Source: a virus (taxonomy: Duplodnaviria; Caudoviricetes). From it: DNA of 36,830 nt. The stretch lies in the IMG/VR virus record IMGVR_UViG_3300023235_000063, positions 1 through 36,830 of that record. One strand, written 5' to 3'. The stretch's first letter is position 1; every line of letters begins with the position of its first letter. Shown piece after piece: positions 1 through 9,366 of this stretch. Below the pieces are notes generated by a model. It saw only the letters and a list, made by a program, of their open reading frames with translations. It made no database searches and had not been told where the DNA came from. Position numbers and translations under genes: made by a program.

Positions 1-1101
1 CCCGGAGAACATCTTGCGCGTCCCAGAGCCGACGGCTGTCTCTATCGTCACCGAGCCGGTCTCGGTGAGCGTTCCGCCATCGGGACCACGATCCGCCGTT
101 ACGCTGTCCACGAACCACGCTGAGCGTAAATCACCACAAATAGAGTACATGCGCGTCTCGTCCATCGTGAACCCAAGCATGTCATCTAACTTGTTGCGCG
201 GCGAGACGTACATCACGTCCACACCCTCATCGCTGCCAGACACGTAGGTATTGATACCATTGCTCTTAAGGAAGTGTTCCGCACCCTTGCCAAACACCGC
301 GCCGCTGGCGTTAGCCGGGCCGTTGTCTTCGTTCCAATCGTCGCCCGTGATGTCGAGTAAGAAGCTGTACGACTTGCTGCCGCGTACTTCGTTCGTCGTG
401 GCGAGGCGGTTGTAGACAACGCGTCCTGCAATAATCGCGACCGACCCTTGCCCTGCCGCCGCCGCCGACCCGACGTGATCGTAGCTGGTGTGCCAGTCGT
501 CTTTGATAATGAACGTGCTATCTACGCCTGCTCCATAGGACCCTGCGATACATGGGCGAATGCCATTACCATCAACTATGTTATTTGGACCACCAAGTCC
601 AAGGTCAAGATCAACAATACTCAAGTCTGTAATGAGTGTTAGATCCCAGTCGCGGTAAACTAGCGAGCCATTGCGAAGGTCGATTGCCCCAACCCCCGCT
701 GTAGTGCCGATAGCGACCACACCATACTTGAATACAATACACTGAAAAGTCTTACCTGTGAGCCAAGACCAGTCAGACCCAGTTAGTGTCTTGACTGCAG
801 TCCCACTGCTCCGATCAATAAAAATAACTGAAGGAGTTACTGTATCAATAACTACAGCAAGGTTCGCATCAGTTGGAAACCAAGACAATCCGGTGTTAAC
901 AATCTTAGGATCATAACAAGGCTTGTTAAAGAAGTTAGCATTGATAACGTCACCAGCATAATCGATGTCTGCACGGAAGTCGTAGTTAACGCTTTCTGCA
1001 AGGACAGTGTCTTTTGCTAAGAAACCAAATCCAGCAGAAAGGTGCTTTGACTGAATAGCGTTGTTAGCGATAGAATTGCTATTGATCTTGTTGCGACTCA
1101 T
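1..1101 (-). CDS. Tail fibre / receptor-binding-like virion protein (partial, runs off left edge; missing from ORF track)
   Basis: ATG at 1101, just past the stop of the upstream ORF; open frame to position 1 (MSRNKINSNSIANNAIQSKHLSAGFG...); lies at the end of a run of fibre-like late genes; distal part is GC-richer. Confidence 0.65.
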   Translation of the reverse strand, partial: MSRNKINSNSIANNAIQSKHLSAGFGFLAKDTVLAESVNYDFRADIDYAGDVINANFFNKPCYDPKIVNTGLSWFPTDANLAVVIDTVTPSVIFIDRSSGTAVKTLTGSDWSWLTGKTFQCIVFKYGVVAIGTTAGVGAIDLRNGSLVYRDWDLTLITDLSIVDLDLGLGGPNNIVDGNGIRPCIAGSYGAGVDSTFIIKDDWHTSYDHVGSAAAAGQGSVAIIAGRVVYNRLATTNEVRGSKSYSFLLDITGDDWNEDNGPANASGAVFGKGAEHFLKSNGINTYVSGSDEGVDVMYVSPRNKLDDMLGFTMDETRMYSICGDLRSAWFVDSVTADRGPDGGTLTETGSVTIETAVGSGTRKMFSG

Positions 1102-1102
1102 T

Positions 1103-1372
1103 TTAGAGGCGTGCCTTTTCTTCGATTGTTAGAGCATCATAAAGAGCTAAGTACTCTGCACGTAATGTTTGTTTCAGTACAATTTTGTCTTTAGAAGCTT
1201 GAGGAACTTTTGCTTTAGAAGTAGCTGAAAGAGATTCAAAAACATCTTCTACTACTCTTGGGACTTCAACATCAGTTTTAGCTAAAGCATCTTTTGCTTC
1301 TCTTACTGGTGTTTTGTCAATGAGGTTCTTGCCTCTTCGGCTTGATAAAGTTGAGAGAAGCTGGTTAACCAT
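1103..1372 (-). CDS. Hypothetical protein, possibly tail fibre-associated
   Basis: 89-aa ORF coupled to neighbours (stop/start overlap at 1372). Confidence 0.6.
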   Translation of the reverse strand: MVNQLLSTLSSRRGKNLIDKTPVREAKDALAKTDVEVPRVVEDVFESLSATSKAKVPQASKDKIVLKQTLRAEYLALYDALTIEEKARL

Positions 1373-2040
1373 TAGATGATCTCCTCGAGCACCCAGCCAG
1401 TAGCTGAGCTAATAAAGACTAAGCCGATACCGGCTCTTGCAGTATTTATTACAAGATTAGCAGAGGATCCTTGGATCTTGTTACCGTTCCGACTAAGCGT
1501 AATGTTGTTAGCACTGGCGCCGCCAGAGTGATCTAAAACTCGAATGCTATCGCCAATAACAGGTGATGTTGGAAGCACAAGTGTTAGAGATCCAACAGAA
1601 GTGTTTACAGCATAATTTGTCCACACAGCTAAAGTAGCAGAGTTTGTTCCAGCAATAGACCATGGCGCTGTTGCACGAGATGCAATCCCTGCGCGGACTG
1701 TAGTAGCGCCAGTAGTATCAACAGCTAGATGCTTCTTTTTTACTGTTCCGTCAGATGGAACACCAATGTCAAGAGTGTCACCAAGGAGAACAGCGTGAAA
1801 ACTATCATTAGCTGCTGGAGCAGATGTAAAGATAACATTAGCACCACTAACAGTATAATCTATGCCGCTTCTCTGACCGAGTCCGCCGATCATCATCATA
1901 ACTTGTTGAGGTGATGACACAACAACTTGATCTCCGCCGATGCGTAGAGTGAATGTATTGGCACTGCTATTAAAGCTAGACGAGATATCGTCTATTACTG
2001 AATAACTACCAATTGATGGTGCTCTGCCGAGATAACTCAT
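1372..2040 (-). CDS. Tail fibre/baseplate-associated structural protein
   Basis: MSYLG N-terminus typical of T4-like fibre proteins; C-terminal VNTS..LTLVLP..P..GD.I...D......NNITL.RNG.KI.G module resembling T4 gp9/gp10/gp34-type repeats. Confidence 0.7.
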   Translation of the reverse strand: MSYLGRAPSIGSYSVIDDISSSFNSSANTFTLRIGGDQVVVSSPQQVMMMIGGLGQRSGIDYTVSGANVIFTSAPAANDSFHAVLLGDTLDIGVPSDGTVKKKHLAVDTTGATTVRAGIASRATAPWSIAGTNSATLAVWTNYAVNTSVGSLTLVLPTSPVIGDSIRVLDHSGGASANNITLSRNGNKIQGSSANLVINTARAGIGLVFISSATGWVLEEII

Positions 2041-2050
2041 TTAGTAATCC

Positions 2051-2233
2051 TTACGGGCGATTTGCTCGCTTGATTTTGCGGTCGGCAATAATAGGACCGA
2101 ATTTTGCTTTGCTTGCATCAGGCAAAGATACAACTGCACCAGCAGCAATAGCATGAACAGTCACAGACGACTGCCCAATCTGAATGTTAGACTCTACGTA
2201 CGCATTACTATTAGATGGTCCGATATAAGACAT
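2051..2233 (-). CDS. Small virion-associated protein (MSYIG family)
   Basis: 60 aa; N-terminus resembles that of the downstream 222-aa protein. Confidence 0.55.
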   Translation of the reverse strand: MSYIGPSNSNAYVESNIQIGQSSVTVHAIAAGAVVSLPDASKAKFGPIIADRKIKRANRP

Positions 2234-2239
2234 TTATTC

Positions 2240-2584
2240 TTACGTGATCTCCAAAACAGAAAGTACTATGTCAAGAGACAAAGCAGTGTTTGACTGACAC
2301 TGAATTGAATGAGCATTCTGAAGAACTAGTTTTTGGTCTCCACCAACTACAATAAGAGCAGAACCAGCAGGAACAGGGGCATTATAGATCAAGTAAGTGT
2401 TTTGTCCAGATGCTCCGACACCGTCATTATGCATAGCGCTTGCTTTAATAGCAGCACCAGTTCGATTAGTTAGAGTAAGCCCAATGACTGTTGCCGTCGT
2501 CGCTGTTGCAACTGTATAAGAATTCACAGTAACAGCTGAAACTCCGATATTCTTATGTGTCTTGACCTTGAATAAATTGGCCAT
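2240..2584 (-). CDS. Small virion structural protein
   Basis: MANLFK...LDIVLSVLEIT, beta-rich, of a type common next to fibre genes in environmental T4-like phages; SD AAGGA upstream. Confidence 0.7.
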   Translation of the reverse strand: MANLFKVKTHKNIGVSAVTVNSYTVATATTATVIGLTLTNRTGAAIKASAMHNDGVGASGQNTYLIYNAPVPAGSALIVVGGDQKLVLQNAHSIQCQSNTALSLDIVLSVLEIT

Positions 2585-2591
2585 ATGTTCC

Positions 2592-3050
2592 TTATCCTAG
2601 TGCAATTGCGAACGCGATTGAGTCGCCCGCGACTTCAGTAATAGCACCAGCGACACTATTCGAAGTAGTAGATAGACCAGCTATATATAGTGTTCCCAGA
2701 TGCCGTGTGTTAGCTGTAACTTGAAGAGTTCCAGCTTTGATGTTAACGTTTGCTCCACTGAATACTGTGTTTGAAGTGACTAATAAAGTTCCGCCTCTAA
2801 TATCAGTATTCGCTCCATATAGCCGTGTGTTAGCTGTTACATGAAGAGAACCGCTAGTAATACTTGTGTTCACGCCGCTCATAGTAACGTTGCCACTTAA
2901 AGTAGCTGTATGAGTAATTACGGCTAAGTTTGCAGTTACACGAGCAACACCAGTGGTATTTGCAAGCAGGTTTAGCTGCGTGAAACCAGAATTAGTTCTG
3001 ATTCTCCAAGTGTTGAATGTATCTGAAAGTTGAACGTTAGCAACAGCCAC
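2592..3050 (-). CDS. Short fibre-like protein with 20-aa beta repeats
   Basis: N-terminal SDTFNTWRIRTN attachment-like motif, three 20-aa repeats, C-terminal IAFAIALG; SD AAGGAG. Confidence 0.7.
   Translation of the reverse strand: MAVANVQLSDTFNTWRIRTNSGFTQLNLLANTTGVARVTANLAVITHTATLSGNVTMSGVNTSITSGSLHVTANTRLYGANTDIRGGTLLVTSNTVFSGANVNIKAGTLQVTANTRHLGTLYIAGLSTTSNSVAGAITEVAGDSIAFAIALG
2700..2880 (-). repeat. Three degenerate 60-nt (20-aa) intragenic tandem repeats
   Basis: SGVNTSITSGSLHVTANTRL / YGANTDIRGGTLLVTSNTVF / SGANVNIKAGTLQVTANTRH; DNA GCCGTGTGTTAGCTGT occurs at 2702 and 2822. Confidence 0.75.
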
Positions 3051-3053
3051 AGT

Positions 3054-3275
3054 CTACTCCTTGTTCAGCAATTGCTGAAGCATTGATTTGATATCATGAA
3101 GTTCGCGTCTTACAGAATCCATCTCTTGAATAGCTTCGCCAATCTTAGTTTCTCTTTGTTTTCTAGTTCTATAAGCGCTTAAAGCTATAGTATCAGTTGA
3201 TATTACCGCGCTACTTGAGAGCTCTCTAGCTAGGCCAGGCTCTCCTTCTATTAGTGCTAGTCCGGTTTTTTTCAT
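3054..3275 (-). CDS. Small coiled-coil protein following the large virion protein
   Basis: Start revised to ATG 3275 (MKKTG, SD AGGA); C-terminal heptad pattern ELHDIKSMLQQLL. Confidence 0.65.
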   Translation of the reverse strand: MKKTGLALIEGEPGLARELSSSAVISTDTIALSAYRTRKQRETKIGEAIQEMDSVRRELHDIKSMLQQLLNKE

Positions 3276-3279
3276 AATC

Positions 3280-6200
3280 CTAAATCTGTAAAGCGATTGC
3301 CCGCATATCACGAACTCTCGGTGGGTTGGCAGTAGTGCTTGAAAGCAGCACTACTTTGATAGCAAAGTATTTGTATCCAGTGAAGGTTACACTTTGCGAA
3401 TTTACATATTGCACTTCACTGCCGCCGCCAGTAAGATTAGCAGTAGGAATAGTATATTCATATTCTTTGAAGTCTTCTCGGTCTTCTCCATCAGATACAG
3501 TAGCAGACGAAGTAACTTGAGTCATTGCTACCCAGCTTTTATTGCTAAACAAGTCGCCGTCTTCTGAGTTTAGAATCTTGTAATAGACTCTAATTGTCGA
3601 AGTAGCTGGCTGATACGCCGTTAGGTAGACTTTCAAATCTTCAGCATCTTGATTATCAGCTAGGGTTACTTTCCTAGTGATATATCTTGCAGTAGCGTTA
3701 CCACCAGCAGTATTTGCTTCTCCAGTAGAGTCATTGTTGATCACGTTTGAAATGATCGTCGACGCAACTCTAGAAAGATCAACTACAGGAGAATGGCGAG
3801 TAGAGTTTGTAGTAAAAGCAAACTTAATCTCCATTGATTTTTCGCTAGACAGAGTAGCAACTTCATTAGTGCGACTCATAAGCAATCTAGAAGTATTGAA
3901 TGTATGGCTCGGTGTAAGAGCAATAAATGCAGTGTCTCTAGTTGAAGTTGTCTTAGCAAACTTACCAGATGTTGTAATTGTGGTATTGCTAAGTTCTAGC
4001 TTCGAAGACATTAAGCTCAGAACATCAACAGTTAGATTATCAATAGAAACGATACGAGCTTGCTGACCATTGGCTTGGCCTTTGATCCAGTTGTTAACAA
4101 CGAATGTTCCACTCGTGTTAGACAGGTGGAGATATGTGTTTGAAGCATTAACGGTGTCATAGTAAGCTACTTTACCTACCGGAATAGTCTCAGAATGGAC
4201 TACACCAGTAACGCCAGTTGTCAAACCGTTAGCGTGGTAAACAGTAACGGTTTCTCCGGCTGTAAACTTAGAAGGAGTTAGGCTAGCACTAAGTGGATAA
4301 GAGTTTCTGATCTTTGCTGTGTTAGAAGTAAGAGCGATCAAGTCGCCATTAGCACCAGAAGTACTACCAACAACATAACCAGCAACGTTAACAGACGGTT
4401 GTGAAGTGAATACTAGACTCGTGTCTCCATGAACAACTTCATTAGAAGTTGTAAAGCCAGAGCTAACATTAGCTACTGTGAATAACTCGCGAGGCTCATT
4501 CTTAAGGATAAGATTTCCAGTACCGCCTGCAGTGAATGAAGCAACATAGAGGCTGAACTTAACATCTTCTTCTTGAATTGGCTGCCATACACGGTCATTA
4601 GATGAAGCAAATAGAATACCAGCAAACGGCTGCTTAGAAATACGATCGCCAGTAACTAAATCTAGTTCTCCAAGACGAGATACCCAAACATTAACATTGC
4701 TGTTGTTACCACCTGGGCGAATAACAATAGCATAATCGAAACCGTTAAGCAAGTAAACAGGAGACTCAAATACAACAGGCGTTGGAGCAGAAGAATCAGA
4801 GCTAGTGTTAATAGATGATGGCTGTAATGTAACGCGGCTGAATGGTACTACACGATCAGTCACGTAACCGTTTGATGGATCAACTTCACGAATTTCAACA
4901 AACAATGGATAAGTGCTATCTTTGCTCGAGAAGAATAGATCAACCTTTGTAACAAATGCGCCAGGAGTATCTACACCAGAAGCTGAAGCGTCGTCAAGTC
5001 TAAAAGTTTGAGCAATAGGATCACTGTAACCAATTGGGCTATCGATAACTCCGCCAAAAGCGGCAGTACTAGAACCACTATTTACTACACGTCGATCACT
5101 AACAGTTCTTTCTTCGCTAACAGAACTTGTTGCAAAAGATGGTTGACGAGTCGACACAATAGTGTCTTGAACTTCTTGGATAATTCCACTAGCAGTGTAA
5201 GAAATCTGTCCAGCAGTAGTTACTGATCCTTGAGCTGAACTGTTTGTAGAGCTATCAGAAAGTCGGAAAATCTTTTCACCAGTACGGAAACGCAAACTAG
5301 TTTCGTTTGGAATACGGAATAATCCGTAAACATTACCAGAGCTATTAACAACAATCGATCCACCTTCGTTTGCTGTATTAGCAAAACTGCTATTGGTTGG
5401 GGTTACATAAGCAGTTACGTCGGTTCCATCAAAAAATGAGAATAACTTAGAGTTTGGCTTGAAGCCTTCACCAGTGAATTGAATTACTCTAGATCTCATA
5501 AAAGGAACAATGCTTACATTAACTACTCTACCACCAATATTCTGTGTAGTTGTAGAAGGTGTAACTGTTGCGTTAATTCCAGTACGAATCTGTCGTTCAG
5601 TGGTTTCTACTGTTGCTTGTTGAAAAAACTGCGCAGGACTATTTTGAGATTCAAACTCATTGATAGTACGAGATCCGGACCAAATAGTTTCCCAGTCATT
5701 CCACTGAGTTCCCCAAGAATTAGAGAGATGAACCCAGTTGTCGGTGTTCAAATCGAAATTAAGTTGAACGTCTGGTCGATTAGTTGTGTCAGTCCAGTAA
5801 TCACTATCTGGAGATAGCGTAATCTTACCAGCCCAGTTGTAGAATAGACCAGCAGCATTTCGAGTACTAGACGCGTATTTCTGATTGATCAGTCTAGAAT
5901 GAGTATACGGCAGAGTTACAAGTTGACCAGCGCTTGGAGTAGACACTGTGCTAATTGTTTTATTAGTACCAGATGATCCACCAACAGCATTTGCGCTAGG
6001 AGTAATCGTGCCAGTAACGGCTTCAAGATATAGAGTGTTGCCGACCTGATATCGAAGAGTAGACGTTGATGAACCAACAGTAATGGCTTCACCATTAGTA
6101 TAAGTTCCTGCTGCACTAAGAACAACAGTAGCGTCATTTGCAGATACGTTAAGTCCAGAAGTGTTGGCCGTTTTGAACAATTCTAACGAGTTCAACTTGA

Positions 6201-9200
6201 ACGTCGGGCGAGCTTCTTTCTTTTCAGAATCTACAGCAATAGAGTAATCATTGTCATACACGTTACCGATATTATGACCAGTAAAGTTGTCGATCAAAAT
6301 TCCATTCTTGAAACGATCATTACCAGAAACGTCTGCAATAAGAAGAGACTTTGTGTCTTTTTCAAGGAGTGATAGCGAAGTGTAGTATTCAAGACGATCT
6401 ACACGGTCTTTAATAGCGCCGATATCACGCATTGTATAACGAGAATTCTTAATCGGAGTAACTTCACACACAAGCTGCGGCCGAGAAAAACGACGGCCCT
6501 GTTCAGTTGGCAATGAAGGATATGGTGCAACTTTAACTTTCGCTAAAGTCATACCATCAGACGGTTCTTGTGGCGAATACGGATAAAGAGACGGAGTTCC
6601 TTTAATAACTCGAATGTTACCAGTGTTATCAAGAACAATTAAGTCACGACGAGAAAGATAGTAATCTAAGTCAACAGTGAAAGAATCATTTGGCGGCGAA
6701 TAGTGTAATCCACCAGAAGGCTGCACAATAGAAACCATTGTATTCGGATTGAGAGTAGCAGAACCGATTAATGTTGTGTCTGTGGCAGAGTCAGTAATTC
6801 GAGGACGAATATCAATGCTGTCACGAAGATCAAAAGACTTACCATCAACAGGAGAAACAAAGATAGGAATCTGTGCAGTCTGAATAGCACTAGTATTTGC
6901 AGTATCAACGTCATCGATTGGATACGAGTCTACGCTGAAATATCCAATACCCTGTGAAGTATCATGCGTAAAGTAATCTAGCTTAACAAGTAGATAGTCG
7001 CTTGAAGCTATTGACAATGCAGAAGAACTTTTCTTAACTAGCTTTGCATGATCATATAAGTTATCGCGCATTCCAGTGTCAAGTTCAAAATGCGTAGTTA
7101 CATCAGTACCTTCAGTATTAGCTGTGAAGGCAGAACCCCTTTGACGAACTTCAAGAATCTGAAAACCATCTGATAGTCCAAGGTTCCATGGTCCAACAGT
7201 ATTTGCTGTGTTGTTAGAGCATAGAATTTGAACGTATCGTCCACTCTTGTAAACTTTAGCTTTCTCTTGACCGTCTATTTTGTTAAGTTCGACTAGAACA
7301 GATGCTGACTTTGTTGCTGTGAAAGTTTCTTGTGTATCAAAAGTTGCTGAAGTCGTAGAACCAACAGTGATTGTACGAGCTCCACCAATACCGTAACCAG
7401 ACATATCAATGACTTGTCCGACATCGAACTCTTTATGAGTTGCGACACCAGTAGCAGAACTTCCAGCATTGCTAAGGATAGTGAGAGAAGTAGCAGAAGC
7501 AATTGCTGTGACGAAGTGAACTCCAACATTACCAATATTGATTTGATCGCCAATATTCAACTGAGTACTAAATGCAGTACCAGAACCAGTAATAGTGTTT
7601 GAACCAGAAGTGGCGCTTACAGTACCAGTAATATTTACTGATGTGTTAGCTGCAGCATTTGTAACTACATAGAAACCACCTTGTTTCTGAGTGCTGTTCA
7701 AAGCACCAGTAGAATACGGGAATTGCTCGTCTGCAGATCCAGTTGCAAGAGTAAAAGTTCCATCGGTTGCGATAGTTACATCAAACTTCTTTAAGAACTT
7801 AAAGTTGGTATCAATAGTGCCAGTGCTATCTCTTAGCCTACGAATATTAGTTGCTGGAATTGTATATACTGCACGGTTAAAACTGGTTTCGCTAAGAACA
7901 GCGTTGCCTGAAGTCAGAACAATGTCGGCTTTACAATCAGCATTTGTAGCATTGTTCAAATAGACTGATTTTACGTTAGTGAAAGCACCACTAGTCATTC
8001 TGATATCATAAAGATACATCTTGTATGTAGCGTTATAGGAACCCTTAGTTCCAGATGCATACTCGATTGCCCGCACGCGAGCAGTTCCGATTTCTGCTCC
8101 TACTGCTGTTGTCGTAGAAAAATCATTGTTAGATACTGCTTTAGCAACAATGTCGCGCAATGAAACCGGAACATGAAAGTTTACATCCCACTGGCCGCAA
8201 ACTTCTTTTACAGTAACATAGTTGCCGTAGTTTGTTGGAATTGTAGTTGCTTCAATTGATTCATAATCAGTTCCTTTATCAATTGGAACATAAGTTGTAA
8301 TGAGCTTTTCATAGTCGTAACCCTGAACATAAGCTTTACCTGGTTCAACACCAGCGGCAAGCTTATTAGTGTTACCGCCATTAGCAGCTGTATAAACACC
8401 TTGATTGGTGCCGCTCTTAAGATGTTCTTTTAGACTAACCGTTAGCCCATTGACGATATAATCGCCAGACTCATCGCGAGTACGACGAGCAAGATAATCT
8501 CTAAGAACAGCGTATTGAGTCTTTTCAGCGTTTGCTTCTACTAAACCAGCATTAGTCCTGTAGATTTCAACAAAGTTATTAGCATCAGTAGTATTAATGC
8601 TCTTTTTAGCAAGCGTGACAGTAATCTTTAAACGATTAGCACCAGGGGCGGCATAGTTATATGAACCTTGCGCTGGATCATTTAACGTAGAATCGCTATC
8701 TGAATCAACAACAGTTTCATTTATAGTGAAACCAACACGAAGAGACGTATTAGCGTCATACTTGTTGAGAATAAGAGTTTGAGGGGCTACACGAATAAAG
8801 TGGTCTTTGGCGAAAATAACGCCTTCTTTTACAGAGAATGCAGAACCAACGCCGATTGCAGAAACATTAGCGCCATATCCGTTGTTTGAAGTAAGAGCTT
8901 CGCCAACAGTAAACACTTTAGCTGTATTGTTAGAACCAGCTTGAGTGTACTTAACGTGAAGAGTCTTAAGATCGGGTGTGTTTGCTTCAGCACCAGCTGA
9001 AGTATTGACTACTAGAGCTTTTACTCCAGAAGCTCCGCCAGTAACAATCTGATTTGAAAACGTTGACAAAGCAATAGAAGATCCGTTAGATGAATTGTCA
9101 AGGACCTTTACATAGCTATAGTTTCTATCATAAGTTACTTCACAACCACTAACAACTGAGCCTTCTTTGAAGATATGTTCTCCAAACCGGTCAACTTGGT

Positions 9201-9357
9201 TCTGAAGAATTGTTTGGAGCTGTGTGAGTTCTCGAGCTTGAACTGCCATTCCAGGGCGGAATAGAATTCTATGAAAGTTCTTGCTCTCATCAAAATCGTC
9301 GTAGTACGGATCTACATTAAGATTTGTTGAAAGCGATGCTGTATTTGAGAGGGTCAT
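3280..9357 (-). CDS. Large virion structural protein, DUF4815 / VrlC-like
   Basis: 2025 aa; N-terminal NLNVDPYYDDFDESKNFHRILFRPGMAVQARELTQLQ; internal RFKNGILIDNF and DPIAQTF; C-terminal PRVRDMRAIAL; follows gp8. Confidence 0.88.
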   Translation of the reverse strand: MTLSNTASLSTNLNVDPYYDDFDESKNFHRILFRPGMAVQARELTQLQTILQNQVDRFGEHIFKEGSVVSGCEVTYDRNYSYVKVLDNSSNGSSIALSTFSNQIVTGGASGVKALVVNTSAGAEANTPDLKTLHVKYTQAGSNNTAKVFTVGEALTSNNGYGANVSAIGVGSAFSVKEGVIFAKDHFIRVAPQTLILNKYDANTSLRVGFTINETVVDSDSDSTLNDPAQGSYNYAAPGANRLKITVTLAKKSINTTDANNFVEIYRTNAGLVEANAEKTQYAVLRDYLARRTRDESGDYIVNGLTVSLKEHLKSGTNQGVYTAANGGNTNKLAAGVEPGKAYVQGYDYEKLITTYVPIDKGTDYESIEATTIPTNYGNYVTVKEVCGQWDVNFHVPVSLRDIVAKAVSNNDFSTTTAVGAEIGTARVRAIEYASGTKGSYNATYKMYLYDIRMTSGAFTNVKSVYLNNATNADCKADIVLTSGNAVLSETSFNRAVYTIPATNIRRLRDSTGTIDTNFKFLKKFDVTIATDGTFTLATGSADEQFPYSTGALNSTQKQGGFYVVTNAAANTSVNITGTVSATSGSNTITGSGTAFSTQLNIGDQINIGNVGVHFVTAIASATSLTILSNAGSSATGVATHKEFDVGQVIDMSGYGIGGARTITVGSTTSATFDTQETFTATKSASVLVELNKIDGQEKAKVYKSGRYVQILCSNNTANTVGPWNLGLSDGFQILEVRQRGSAFTANTEGTDVTTHFELDTGMRDNLYDHAKLVKKSSSALSIASSDYLLVKLDYFTHDTSQGIGYFSVDSYPIDDVDTANTSAIQTAQIPIFVSPVDGKSFDLRDSIDIRPRITDSATDTTLIGSATLNPNTMVSIVQPSGGLHYSPPNDSFTVDLDYYLSRRDLIVLDNTGNIRVIKGTPSLYPYSPQEPSDGMTLAKVKVAPYPSLPTEQGRRFSRPQLVCEVTPIKNSRYTMRDIGAIKDRVDRLEYYTSLSLLEKDTKSLLIADVSGNDRFKNGILIDNFTGHNIGNVYDNDYSIAVDSEKKEARPTFKLNSLELFKTANTSGLNVSANDATVVLSAAGTYTNGEAITVGSSTSTLRYQVGNTLYLEAVTGTITPSANAVGGSSGTNKTISTVSTPSAGQLVTLPYTHSRLINQKYASSTRNAAGLFYNWAGKITLSPDSDYWTDTTNRPDVQLNFDLNTDNWVHLSNSWGTQWNDWETIWSGSRTINEFESQNSPAQFFQQATVETTERQIRTGINATVTPSTTTQNIGGRVVNVSIVPFMRSRVIQFTGEGFKPNSKLFSFFDGTDVTAYVTPTNSSFANTANEGGSIVVNSSGNVYGLFRIPNETSLRFRTGEKIFRLSDSSTNSSAQGSVTTAGQISYTASGIIQEVQDTIVSTRQPSFATSSVSEERTVSDRRVVNSGSSTAAFGGVIDSPIGYSDPIAQTFRLDDASASGVDTPGAFVTKVDLFFSSKDSTYPLFVEIREVDPSNGYVTDRVVPFSRVTLQPSSINTSSDSSAPTPVVFESPVYLLNGFDYAIVIRPGGNNSNVNVWVSRLGELDLVTGDRISKQPFAGILFASSNDRVWQPIQEEDVKFSLYVASFTAGGTGNLILKNEPRELFTVANVSSGFTTSNEVVHGDTSLVFTSQPSVNVAGYVVGSTSGANGDLIALTSNTAKIRNSYPLSASLTPSKFTAGETVTVYHANGLTTGVTGVVHSETIPVGKVAYYDTVNASNTYLHLSNTSGTFVVNNWIKGQANGQQARIVSIDNLTVDVLSLMSSKLELSNTTITTSGKFAKTTSTRDTAFIALTPSHTFNTSRLLMSRTNEVATLSSEKSMEIKFAFTTNSTRHSPVVDLSRVASTIISNVINNDSTGEANTAGGNATARYITRKVTLADNQDAEDLKVYLTAYQPATSTIRVYYKILNSEDGDLFSNKSWVAMTQVTSSATVSDGEDREDFKEYEYTIPTANLTGGGSEVQYVNSQSVTFTGYKYFAIKVVLLSSTTANPPRVRDMRAIALQI

Positions 9358-9366
9358 CTATTCTCT

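Noticed and set aside
14-642. Short ORFs 14..247, 213..431 and 448..642
   Set aside because: Shadows of the long minus-strand frame 1..1101
1-9357. Diversity-generating retroelement or invertible tail-fibre cassette
   Set aside because: No reverse transcriptase, invertase or TR/VR repeat pair visible in the window
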